The notes under the pieces: model-generated
The model's input: only the letters and a program-made list of their open reading frames with translations
What the model was told of the DNA's origin: nothing
Database searches by the model: none
Made by a program: the position numbers and the translations under genes
Assembly: GCA_008632985.1 (NCBI GenBank)
Contig: QPGO01000096.1
Location: 248,001-295,695 of the forward strand
Direction of reading: 5' to 3'
DNA length: 47,695 nt
DNA from: Psammoneis japonica
Taxonomy: Eukaryota
In this document: piece after piece, positions 22,699-33,600 of the stretch
Position numbering within the stretch: the first letter of the stretch is position 1
Layout of the letters: the number at the start of each line of letters is the position of its first letter

Positions 22699-24162
22699 AT
22701 GTATTGCGGTGATGAAACGGGTGCCTTCATTGGTGATATCGGTTCCCATAGCAGTCGATTTGGGTACGGTGGCGAAGACAATCCCAAGTATGTGATTCCC
22801 AGTGCGGTGGGCGGCGACCACAAGTGTATCTTGACGTCGGCATACCATGATCGATTCGATTCAGTTCAACCCGTCTACCGCATGGCTTCTTGCACCACTC
22901 AAGAGTTCCCGCAGGTAGACCCAAATAAATTTCTTCAACAAGGGGATTGTATTGAAGATTATGACGCATACGAGCAGCTCTGGTCCAGTAGTTTTGACGT
23001 GCTAAGAGTACGAGACAAGCTCAAACACACCAAGGGCGGAGGCACTGTGAGTCGGTTGAGCACTTCTGCCGGAGGTGTCACGAGCGATACTGTTCAATCT
23101 TCTGAACCAATTGATAGCACAATCTCTCATCCACTCTTGGCTGTTAGTCACGGCAATACATGCATCGTCGGGCAAAAACAAGACGATGATGCAACTCGGG
23201 GCACACAATACCAAGCGTCCGTACGTCGCAACGAAACGAAACAAATTACAGAAATACTCATGGAAAAGTTGGGTGCGCCAGCAACCTTTATTGCTCCTAC
23301 ACCCATGCTGGCGTCCTTTAGTCATGGGAGACAGACTGCCATGGTGGTTGACATGGGCGCAGGTGGATGTCGAGTCACTCCTGTTGTGGACGGATTGGTG
23401 TTGAAGCACGCTCAGCGACGCAATGGACGAGGCACCGACTGGTTGGGGCATGTCTGTGCAAGAGCTATCCCTCAAGATATTGTCCCAAGATATCAACTGT
23501 CAGGAACTGGGAACAAATCCAAGTGTCCTTGGTTTCATACGTGGGCCATGCTTGACGTCATGTATGAATTCCGCACCTCGCACCATGTGTCGTTGGCGCA
23601 ATGGAGATATGATACATCCATTCCATTTATGAATAGCAGAAAAGACGACCAAGACCAAGATGCTTTAACTGAAACTGCAAATTCCTATGAATTACCAGAC
23701 GGGACTTTTGTCAACCTGGATACGCATTTGGGCAAGGATTTGTGTCGCGTACCGGAGTTGCTCTTTACGGACGAACTTCCATTTGTGGATCAACTAGACA
23801 AATCAGTCTTGTCACAGTCGGATACGTTATCCGATTTGCCGCTTCATAAACTGGTTCACGCGTCCTTGACCGCCGTCGGAGACGCAGACGCTCGCAAGGA
23901 GTTATGCGGCAACATTTTGCTTTGTGGGGGCGGTTCGCTTGTGACCAACTTGGAACAACGACTCTCGTATGAGTTAATGACAATCATTCCGTCCACTCAC
24001 AAGTGTCGTGTAGTTGCGAGCCGGAATTCTTCAGAGAGGACCAATGCAGCGTGGATTGGCGGATCCATTCTGACATCTCTAGGATCGTTTCAACAGCTAT
24101 GGTTGTCTCAACAAGAGTACCAGGAGTATGGGACCACTTTAGCCATTCAGCGGTTTCCATAA
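22699..24162 (+). CDS. ARP4: Nuclear actin-related protein 4 (ARP4/BAF53-like)
   Basis: N-terminus MYCGDETGAFIGDIGSHSSRFGYGGEDNPK, plus YELPDG, RVPELLF and AWIGGSILTSLGSFQQLWLSQQEYQEYG. Confidence 0.88.
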   Translation: MYCGDETGAFIGDIGSHSSRFGYGGEDNPKYVIPSAVGGDHKCILTSAYHDRFDSVQPVYRMASCTTQEFPQVDPNKFLQQGDCIEDYDAYEQLWSSSFDVLRVRDKLKHTKGGGTVSRLSTSAGGVTSDTVQSSEPIDSTISHPLLAVSHGNTCIVGQKQDDDATRGTQYQASVRRNETKQITEILMEKLGAPATFIAPTPMLASFSHGRQTAMVVDMGAGGCRVTPVVDGLVLKHAQRRNGRGTDWLGHVCARAIPQDIVPRYQLSGTGNKSKCPWFHTWAMLDVMYEFRTSHHVSLAQWRYDTSIPFMNSRKDDQDQDALTETANSYELPDGTFVNLDTHLGKDLCRVPELLFTDELPFVDQLDKSVLSQSDTLSDLPLHKLVHASLTAVGDADARKELCGNILLCGGGSLVTNLEQRLSYELMTIIPSTHKCRVVASRNSSERTNAAWIGGSILTSLGSFQQLWLSQQEYQEYGTTLAIQRFP

Positions 24163-24563
24163 GAGTTGCGAGTACGATAATCAATAATGATCAGTTTGGT
24201 AACATAGAGAGAAAGAGGCAATCTAAGGGTTTATTGTTCTAGCTAGTAGAGCAAGACGTAACTTCACCATCCCTCTAATCTCGACACACGCTTGACATTG
24301 CAGCCTTGCGCCTACCATAACATCGTTTTGTCCCATTAGCAGCTACCAGGGGGGTGGAGGCTCATTCAAACGAAGATTTTTCAATCATTTTCACCCTCAT
24401 TTCTCATTTTCAATTTCCTGTATGTACGTAGCTTCTGTCGCGCGTACTGCGGCTGACTCCTCACTCGCCTCAGATGGCTCGCCTCAGTCACAGTCAAAAT
24501 GGACGATCGATGCGTCGCCCAAACCCAACACCGGTACAGCTAGCTACAGTAGTGTTTTGAACA

Positions 24564-26267
24564 ATGAACGGCAATGAACGGTATACAAGTACGAGTACAA
24601 GTGCAAGCAGTTTCGTTTCTCGTTTCTGTAAGGAATTGCGAGAACAAAGCGAAACTTCCATCCCAACTGTTCTCAGTATGGTGTTGACGAAAATACCCTG
24701 GATATTATCACTTCGGTTTGCTGGAAATATTGGAGCAGAAGAATTGGCTGCGGCAGCCTTGGCTACCACTCTTATGAATGTGACAGGTCTTAGTCTAAGT
24801 GTCGGATTGAGTAGTGCGCTCACGACACTTACTGGCCAAGCTCGAGGTGATTTGATTGCTATGCATCACAATGTGTTGAGTCGTCAGCAAAGAAATCAAA
24901 CTACAGAATCCATGGACGAGAAAAAGACGTCAGACCAAGTCATTTCAAGTGAAGAGACTCTTCTTCTGCCTCCTGTATCGTCGAGGAGACAATTGCCAAC
25001 CCTCATGCCCTTGACGTACCTCTATCGTGGGATCTTTATTCAGATGTGTATTGTGATTCCGGTGGGAGTATGGTGGCTATATGGTATCAAGCCTGTACTC
25101 TTAGCGCTGGGGCAGAAGGAGAAATTGAGCGAAATGACTGAGACGTATCTACGGATATTAACCCCTGGACTGTGGTCATACTCGCTCAACTGGACGTTGA
25201 CTGTGTGGCTTCAGGCCATGGAAATGGCAGACGTTCCTGCCTTTGCTGCATGTGTGGGATTGGCACAGCACATCCCGACAAACTTATTCTTTATTCACTA
25301 CATGGGCTGGGGATATTTAGGAGTTGGCGCTGCGACTGTGATCTTTCAAGTGATACAGCCATTGCTCATTCTAATTTACATCTTTGGTACTAGACATGGG
25401 GTGGGACGAGTATTGGCGTCAATGAAAGTCTCAGATAAAGTCAATGAGACTCGTACGGTGGCACTTTCTTTTCGTAAGGAAGCAAGAATGGCGGTGGGCT
25501 CTTTAGTTGGGATTTGGCAGTACCTGAGTCTTGCCATTCCAGGAATTCTAATTATATCGGAATGGTGGGCGTCAGAAGTCGTTATCTTCTTGGCAGGCCG
25601 TTTACATCCTAACCCGGCTCTTGCTGTTGATGGAATGACAATATACCAATCCATCAACAGCTTTTGCTTCATGTTCCCCACGGGCTTGAGTATTGCCGGC
25701 GCGGCGAGGTTGGGAAAGCTCTTGGGTTTGGGAGATGTTGATGGAGCATCCTTTGCCACAAAGACCTTTATGGCAAGTGCCTCGCTCGTTAGCTTGACCA
25801 TGGGGTCGATCTTGTATTTTGTCCCGCATACATTTTTTCCGTCTTTCTTCTCTCCTGACGAGGCTGTAGTTTTGGAGACCAGTAAGACTATTCCTCTGTT
25901 GGCGTTTTACGTCGTTGCCGATGGGATCCAGTCCGCCGTAAATGGTGTTGTTCGTGGTTGTGGACGCCAGTGTATTACAATGCCGATTGTCATTATTGCT
26001 TACTGGGTGGTTGGTGTCCCGCTGGCATATTACCTTTCCTTTATACGACACGATGGCTACATGTGCGAGGACAGCAGATTTTGTGGAATTGTGGGCCTAG
26101 TGTCCGGCATGACGACTGGAACGTTCGTGCACTTGGTCCTACTGGCATCGGTAGTTCTCGGAACCACCAACTGGCGAATTGAAGCTCAAAAAGCAAGAAC
26201 GAGACTGGCGCTTGAGAAACACTCTACTCCAATGTCCCCTGATGCGAGCACGCAACACGCCTTGTAG
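24564..26267 (+). CDS. MATE family efflux transporter
   Basis: Motifs FAGNIGAEELAAAALA, GLSSALTTLTGQARG, SEWWASEVV, RLGKLLG and GVVRGCGRQ; about 12 hydrophobic segments. Confidence 0.93.
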   Translation: MNGNERYTSTSTSASSFVSRFCKELREQSETSIPTVLSMVLTKIPWILSLRFAGNIGAEELAAAALATTLMNVTGLSLSVGLSSALTTLTGQARGDLIAMHHNVLSRQQRNQTTESMDEKKTSDQVISSEETLLLPPVSSRRQLPTLMPLTYLYRGIFIQMCIVIPVGVWWLYGIKPVLLALGQKEKLSEMTETYLRILTPGLWSYSLNWTLTVWLQAMEMADVPAFAACVGLAQHIPTNLFFIHYMGWGYLGVGAATVIFQVIQPLLILIYIFGTRHGVGRVLASMKVSDKVNETRTVALSFRKEARMAVGSLVGIWQYLSLAIPGILIISEWWASEVVIFLAGRLHPNPALAVDGMTIYQSINSFCFMFPTGLSIAGAARLGKLLGLGDVDGASFATKTFMASASLVSLTMGSILYFVPHTFFPSFFSPDEAVVLETSKTIPLLAFYVVADGIQSAVNGVVRGCGRQCITMPIVIIAYWVVGVPLAYYLSFIRHDGYMCEDSRFCGIVGLVSGMTTGTFVHLVLLASVVLGTTNWRIEAQKARTRLALEKHSTPMSPDASTQHAL

Positions 26268-26815
26268 AGGAGCTAAGTCGATCAATTCATTTAAATTGTT
26301 GGTAACCCAAAGAGTAAATATTGATCCCGCCTCGAGGGAGCCATCTCAACGGTAATACCCGCAAGTTGGGGCAGAGTAGTGCTCACTAAAAGGAAATAGA
26401 TTAGACAGTAGAACAGGGGTAAGATTGTAACGCAATTCGCTTCCCTAGAGAAGCTTTGAAGAAAAACATAAAAGAGGAACGAACGCAACAAACGACGACC
26501 TTTTTCCCAACGTTGAAATGGTTTGCATCTATTCCTGGGCTTTCTTCAACTCACGGCAAGCGAGACGAAGTCAATGAATTCCCTATGCCAATTCGTAAAT
26601 GGAGGAAGCCAGCTGATTACAGTATGCACGATTCTATTTTAACTATTAGCTTGAATCCCATGAGTATAGATACCTATTATAAATTATCTGAAATAAATGC
26701 ATGTTGCAACTGTAAAGACCAATCGATTGCCCGACGATTTGAAGAATATTTCAAGGAGCATAGTGTATATCCAAGTCACAATGGTATTAATACGACTCGA
26801 TCCTGTCTCTCGTCA

Positions 26816-27343
26816 TTACTCCTCATAATAAGTCAGTTTCCACCCACCACCTGATTTCTCTTCACCTCGCAAATTGCGCCTAACTGGATCCTTGAAGTCC
26901 CACGAATACTCGTCACTCCCAACGTTCTGTTTTAGCTTCAAAATGACGTTGTTTCCAAGCATATTCGGATTGCCTTGAATAACAACGGCGTAATCCGGAA
27001 AGGCCTGGAGGCGGATATCATCTTCAATCTGATAGACTTGTAGGCTATTCCTCAGTGAGCTGGTGGAGCAGCTCAGAACCCGTGCCTGAGTGCCATCCTG
27101 AAGAATCTCGCCGTACCCGGACTGGAGGCACTTGCTTCGGTCGGAATTCAAACGAATCTTATCATCACCCGAAAATACATACCATTTGGTGTTTGGGTCA
27201 CTGCACGGGACGATTTTTACCCTATCGCCTTGAGCACCCATGCATCCACCCGCAGGAACAAGCTGGGAAATGGTCACAATGTCGCCAGCGCTTACAGCGC
27301 AAGCAGAAAAGAGAGCAACCGCAATAGAGAGAGCCGTCTTCAT
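26816..27343 (-). CDS. Small secreted ricin-B/beta-trefoil lectin-like protein
   Basis: Signal peptide MKTALSIAVALFSACAVSA. Repeated CxxA..G..V.I.PC....KW....D.IRL....KCL pattern. Confidence 0.6.
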   Translation of the reverse strand: MKTALSIAVALFSACAVSAGDIVTISQLVPAGGCMGAQGDRVKIVPCSDPNTKWYVFSGDDKIRLNSDRSKCLQSGYGEILQDGTQARVLSCSTSSLRNSLQVYQIEDDIRLQAFPDYAVVIQGNPNMLGNNVILKLKQNVGSDEYSWDFKDPVRRNLRGEEKSGGGWKLTYYEE

Positions 27344-28530
27344 TGTCTTGCGTTTTCGTGTTGTGTGTTGTTGTACCAGGCTGCTTACCAATTTTTTGTG
27401 TCACTTTCGAAAGATTTTCATCGGAGCAACAGAAAGCAAGACATCGCTTCGCGTTTCTGTTCAATTTTTGGGAATCACGACACAACGGACGCGGTCATCA
27501 GTTATGAATTATGAGTCGCGAATTTTCTTCTTATGAGTCGCACTTCTGAAGTGAATTCTTAGTTCGCGTTTTTGAACAAAGTCGCGTTTTCTTGCGTCAT
27601 CTCACTTTTAAGAATGCATTCCCGCCAGGCTGAGAGCAATCGTGTTGTCCGTTAGGATAGTGTAATAGGCAACTGTGCGATTACGCAATAGCGAAACAGT
27701 CAGTCCCGCAATCACAAAACGCGACGTCAAATTATCTGCGGTTCTAAATAAAAAATAGAACCGCGGGAGAAGGGCGTTTCGTTTCAGAGACATGTTTGTC
27801 TGAGCACTTGCAACATAGCTGTGGATTATGATGGGAACAAAAGATATGGATTTGGAAAGAGACGCCATTGCCATCCACGCAGATTTGGAAATTTTGGAAT
27901 GCTGCTTTCTCCCTCCGACATGCAAGCATGTAGAAGGTGTACTGTGATGTACGCAGCACACGGCTCATGAGTGCCGTGTGTTCGCGTGCGGCGGCACCAG
28001 GGAGTTGCATGAAATGTCGACATTTTCGTTTTTCCCTGTTTCGTTTTTCGTGGTTTTTCGTGACGATAATTCATTTTACGCATCCCCTAAAGCTTTGCAT
28101 TTATTTAGGGCTATCCATATGCGAACACCAGACACCGGATAGATGGGGTCGAGCGAAGACACGGTGCTTATCTCAGCGACATAGTGTCGTAGAAATATTA
28201 ACTTTGTACCACAGATATTAATATATAAATATTATATATCACTGCTGCAGGCCAACGCAAGAACCAAATTTTTCCACGCTGCACCGTGACAAAAAAAATG
28301 GTGAGTTGCCGTTGCTTTCGACGATGTCGTTTGCCAGAAGCGATGAGCACGAGTGTGATGTTTTGACAAAATATTGCTATTCAACGTCAATGCTAACGAT
28401 GTTGCTAAAAACATCACACTCGCATGGACCAGGAAACAACAAACAACAATGAACAAAAGTCACCTTGCCTCCGGGTGTGGCGACACCTCCACGACGCCTC
28501 ACCACGACGACTTCACCAAAACCAATGAGT

Positions 28531-29260
28531 ATTGCAACGGCTCCAACATGTGTTTCGTTGTTGTGACTCAAAGCAATGATGGATGCCCTTTTACAATGCT
28601 TGCAAAGTTTCAATCCCCATGAACGACCTGCAACTGCCGCCCAACGAGAAAAGTGCGACCAAAAAAAAATTGCATTCGAGCCCGTTGTTTTACCTTTCAG
28701 GCCACAAATTGCAAGGGGTCCAACATTTTGCTCTCCATCACAACTCAAAGTAATGCTGGATGCCCTTTTACAAATTCTTGCATCGTTTCTAGCCCCACAA
28801 GCCACCGGCCTCTCACTGCACCGCCAAGACTGCGGGTTGCAATGGGTTGAACATGTGTCTCTCATTAGAACGATCCAAAGCAACACTGGATGCCCTGTTC
28901 CAATTATCTTCTTCGTTTCTAGCCCCACAAGCCACCGGCAACCGGCGACCGACGACCAAGCGCCAAAAAAAATGTTGTGTTCCGGTCTCTTGTTGTGCCA
29001 CCAAGACCTCAAATTGCAATGGGTCAAGCACACATCCCCTCGTCACAACTCAAAGTGCTGATTGACGTCATGTTGCAATTTCCTGCATCTTTTCTAGCCC
29101 CACGAGCGGCCGGCAACTGCCGCCGGACGACCAAAGCATGCAGAAATGCTGTTGTGTTCCGGCCTCTCATTGCGCCACCAAGGCTGCAAATTGCAACGGG
29201 CCAAACATGCATCTCTTCACAACGACTCAAACAAATGCTGCATGCCCCACAAAGTTTTCG
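28531..29260 (+). repeat. 177-bp tandem repeat, ~4.4 units, readable as a 59-aa protein repeat
   Basis: Anchor (A/G)TTGCAA at 28531, 28708, 28836, 29013 and 29190 (spacings 177, 128, 177, 177). Translation PRPQIAxG...SQLKxMLDALLQxxASFLAP recurs. Confidence 0.85.
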
Positions 29261-29419
29261 CAACGCCCGACATGTTGATGCGGCTGGCATCAAGTGTTGC
29301 ATTTTGACGAGAAAAAAGTGTGATTGAAAGAATGAAAACATTGATGATTGGGTTGTGGGTGCAAGTCACACTCTGTCGCCTGCGCGCAGAAAAAAAGCAC
29401 CGTGAAGAGCGAACGGCGA

Positions 29420-29900
29420 AGGCGGCGATGGTTTGTTGTGCGAAGCGAAAGTCAGTGCCGTCCACCGTCACCGTGCATGCCATTGTCATCCATGAACCTG
29501 GGTTGCCAGTCAGTCTAAGATGATGAGATGGTGAAGCTAATGCCAGTGCATTGATTTTCAAAAAGAGATTGGAGTGATGGTGCGCAACAAGTCCAGATTT
29601 ACAATTAACTCCATTCCGACACAAAACCATTTTCTTGTCGTGTCTTCGTGTGCTCCACCACAGATTCCCGGCAAAATGGTTTCAGAACAATGCAGATTCA
29701 GAAAACAAGGGCACACAACAAGTGAGTGGGCAGGAACCCATGAGAAAGGTTGCCTTCATCTTGAAGAAGGCCCCACAACTGCACACTGCTGCATGTCCTG
29801 CAAAGTGCTCAAGCATGACGCGAACCCATTGGCTCCAAATCCACTCCGATCTTGTCGGCCTCTGAATGACTGTCCTTGCAAGACAATCCACTGTGGCTCT
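29420..29900 (-). pseudogene. PIF/Harbinger (ISL2EU-like, DDE_Tnp_4-type) transposase relic, N-terminal part up to the first catalytic Asp
   Basis: Across frameshifts: HFAGHAAVC / LWGLLQDEGNLSHGFLPTHLLCAL / FLNLHCSETILPGICGGAHEDTTRKWF / DWQPRFMDDNG / CTVTVDGTDFRF. This matches my recollection of the HLLWAL.FL..Y.SE...RKW and VDGTDFR motifs of this family. Confidence 0.7.
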
Positions 29901-30112
29901 GGGCAGGCGCATTTGCATGGTGAGCAGCACAGTCGTGTGTTGCGCATTTGACATTTTACATTGTTGTGCTAAAATGATTGCTGCCGCGCTGGTGCCACAC
30001 AGCAGTGTTTTTGTTGCCACAGGTGGATTGATGGTTCCATGTGTTGTCAGGCAGGGTTCTCATTCATTTCCAACGTCTAAAAACAATGCTGTGATGCCAG
30101 GCCTTTAAAGAG

Positions 30113-30617
30113 AGATTCCCTTTGGGAACGCTCTTGGTGCGGTCCCGGAACGCTTTTGGTGCGGTCCCGGAATGGTGGAAACACGGGAACGACGAAATGC
30201 CCATTTCGTCGAATGGCATTTCCACGTTGGAGCCATTGGCGGTTGTCATAGATGTGATTTAGTGTCAAACAATGCCAGTGGTCACAATGCATCACAGCAG
30301 TTTAACTCACAGCCACTGCAACTCAAAATTGTTGAGACTTCCAACAGCCGTTCTTTTCCTCAGAGAAAATAGAAACCTGTTTTGACGGGTGCACCTTTTT
30401 GCAATAAATCCATCTAATCTGTTAAACTTTTGCACCATTGTGCCACACTCAAACAGTTCCAACAATGGCGCACCAACCACAACGCATCATGTGTCTCATT
30501 GGCGAATTGACCGGCTCCAAAGTTTGATTTCCGCGCGAATTGGTGCACATGAGAACGTTCTCGGAACGGTGTTGGAACGCTTCTGGAACGCTTTTGGAAC
30601 GGTGTGCAAGGGAATCT
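30113..30617. repeat. ~505-bp element bounded by a 10-bp inverted repeat, with subterminal 11/22-bp GGAACG arrays; possible MITE
   Basis: AGATTCCCTT (30113-30122) and AAGGGAATCT (30608-30617). (GGAACGCT(C/T)TTGGTGCGGTCCC)x2 near the left end and four GGAACG units at 11-bp spacing near the right end. Confidence 0.5.
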
Positions 30618-33600
30618 TGAACGACAACAACCCAAAATGGTCTGGCCCTTGGTCCCCCCAAGAGGCCTTTTTTGGTTTTGGCGGTTGGAGCCATTTGGCG
30701 GGATTTGAATTTGAAATCTGCACTGTCGCACGAAAAGCGATGAGGTTGAGACAGTCGTGACTGGTTCAAATCGGAGTTCGGGATCGAGAAGGGAACTCAA
30801 CGGCGTCTCTCTTGCAGTCGCGCCTGCCGTGCAGTGCACTCATGCGTGCAGAAACGCCGTGACAACATCATGTGCTCTCACAGCAACTCCGATGATGCAT
30901 GTGCAGATGTGCAAATGTGAGTGCAGTGGGAAATGAGCTGACAGGCGGGCACCGATAGAAGGTGACGTCAGCATCGATTGTCGCACCGTGTTGTCGTTCA
31001 TTCAGTGCTTGTGATGATGCACCATGCCAACCCAATTGAGTGAGCTGTTTTTCACACACTGCACAACATCATTTTGACATTCTCATTCCAGTGGGTTGTC
31101 TTCTCAACGAGAAATTTTGGCAGGGGTCTGGTGAAGACACAACCACCTGCATTTCTGGGGGCATTTTCTCTCGGCACTTGGTTGGAAAAAAGACAATTGT
31201 TGAGAAGCCTTTCATGGAATTTTGACATTTTGTCAAATCAACCAGAGTCCCAAACACACAGGATTTGTCCTGCAGCCAAATGCCTCGAATGTTGTGTGTC
31301 TGTGGCATGTCCCCTGGCAAAAAGTGCAAGCATCGTTTGAGTGGAAAGTGCACAAACTTTCGCAGCATCGTGCAGACCGTGGCACTCGCATGCAGGCAGG
31401 CAGGTCTCTCTGACATTTCTGTGCGTTTTTGCAGGGAAAAACAAAAATTTTGACATTTCACGCAACTCCCAACGGCTCACATGTCTGATTGACCCGGATG
31501 CCAAATCTTGAGTTTGTTGAAAGCACCGCGACATCATTGCGACGGTTGTCGATCGACCATGGCACCTTTGGTGCAAGTTGCAGAACACAACATCAACATT
31601 GTTCCCGTTTCTTTTTTCATTCTTAAGGACATTTCCACAATCCATCCGACAAGAAGCTTGGTCATGTTTTGTGTCAATGAGAACGTTGTGGATTTGTGGT
31701 GGTTTTGTCAAAGTGCGCCAAAAAATCGATTGTGCGATTCGAGACAGGTTGGCACCATTTCGATTGTCAATGGCGCTTTCACCAATTTTCTCACTGCTTT
31801 TTTGTTTTTCATTTATCTTTGTTTTTTTTCTTCAGAAAATTCAAGGGTGTGGAGTGTTTTTGTGGCAATCTGCAATCTGCAGCACCGCTTTTGGGAAGAA
31901 GAGCAGCGTTGCTGGAGGCACATGTGGTTGGTGCATTGGGGGACAAGGCATCATGTGATGGCAACACCCTGGTGGAAATGCAGGTGGTGCTTGTGACAGA
32001 AAGGCAAACGGCTGTGGGAGGAAGTGACCCACAGGAGGAGGGGGTGAAATCGTTGCAAGCGGGGACATGATCCTGCTGGCTGCAACAGCAGTGTGGCATC
32101 GACTGATTCCTTGGCAGCATGTGCAGGCAAGCTTCCTCCAGCCACACTTTGTCAGCAACTTCTGGTGAGTGGGAGAGAGGGGATGTGCTCTCATTGGTCA
32201 TTCCCACCCTCTCTGGCCTCTCGATTCTGCCACCTTTTTGCCGGCAATGCTTTGCGGATGTGGCAGCTGGAGCAGATTGATGAGAAAACACATGAGGCCC
32301 TGCCTCATTGTGACAAATTGACCCACAAGCTTGCTCTCATCTGACAGAACTTGACAAACAATGCATTGCCTTGGTGGTGTGCCCTGCCGCATCAAGATGA
32401 TTCGTCGCTGTCACTGACAATGAAAAACACAACAAGGCCGCTTGATCAGATTGTCCTGCTGCTTTTTAAAGAGACTGCTGTGGACCATGCCCAGAATGTG
32501 CTCATCTGCCTTTTTTCCACATTTGCCATGGCTGAGGTGCCAGAAACAACTCAACTCACTTGTGGAGTCTGTTCAAACAACATCCCTCCATTCAAAGTTC
32601 CGCTTCGTGGGCCAAAGCATGGGACGTCATTCATGGAACAACAACAATCATGTTGAAAGCATTGACAACACCATGGCTGATGACCCATGTTGTTTTGTGT
32701 TGCAAAGCAGAAACTGAAAATGCTGGCATTTGCATTTCCTTGCTCTTGTCACAAGTGCTGCACACCAAATGACTTGAGTTCAGTGCGGCCGTGTGGGGAG
32801 CCAGACAGATCTTGCCATTGACCAATCATCCGGAGAGCAACAATCCAGCAGAGACATCACTGCAATCGGCATTGCTTGCTGACATGGCAAGCATCTGGCA
32901 GAGCTGAGCAATGTTTGTGACATGAAAGCCAAAATTGTTTGCAATGCAAAAGCTGGAATCCATGCCCCCCCCCCCCCCCCCCCCTGCTCACCTCAAAAGA
33001 AACTCTCTCCACTTCCCATGAGGATTCATGGCAATGCGAGTCCATTCAGCACCTTTCCTGGTGCCGCCATTGCTGCCACGTTTGCTGGCCATGGTGAAAA
33101 CTGCAGCCGCAATTGGCGCTGTCTGATGACTGAGATCTGCTGTGTTTTGTTGGCTTTTTCTCTGTCAAACATTTGGGTGCAGTGGACACATCTCGCATGA
33201 ATGCAACAATGCCGCTTTTCCAGAGATTGGCTGTCCACAAAAGAGAAGTCCATTTGTCATTGCAATTTTTCTGGAGGTCTAGAAAACTGGCAGCATCGCA
33301 ATGTCGTGCAGATCAACCCAAGGTTGCCCTGAGTGATGTCCATTGAGAAAGGTTGTGCAAACATGAACCACCAACTGGCACAAAAAGCTTGCCGATGCCA
33401 GCCGCAAGACAAGTGTCCAGAGCCACAAACATCCTCAGACATTTTCTCAGCACATCAACACAATTTCTTGCTGTTTGACAATGGCTGCTGTGAGAGAATG
33501 ATGCACCACTTTCCCTCTAAAAATGCAAAAAGTTAATTCTTTGCCCAAAACACAATCTCACACCTGCTCCTCTTTGCTGCCCAAAAGCAAGCACTGTGCT

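Noticed and set aside
28085..28240. Small hairpins and an AT-rich tract at the island's left edge as a Helitron end or TIR
   Set aside because: Stems are only 5-7 bp, there is no CTRR terminus at the right spacing, and no matching end was found near 35940.
32680..33330. Possible papain-like motifs (Q.....CW, ENW) in the decayed region
   Set aside because: Too degenerate and spread over frames to support a family call.
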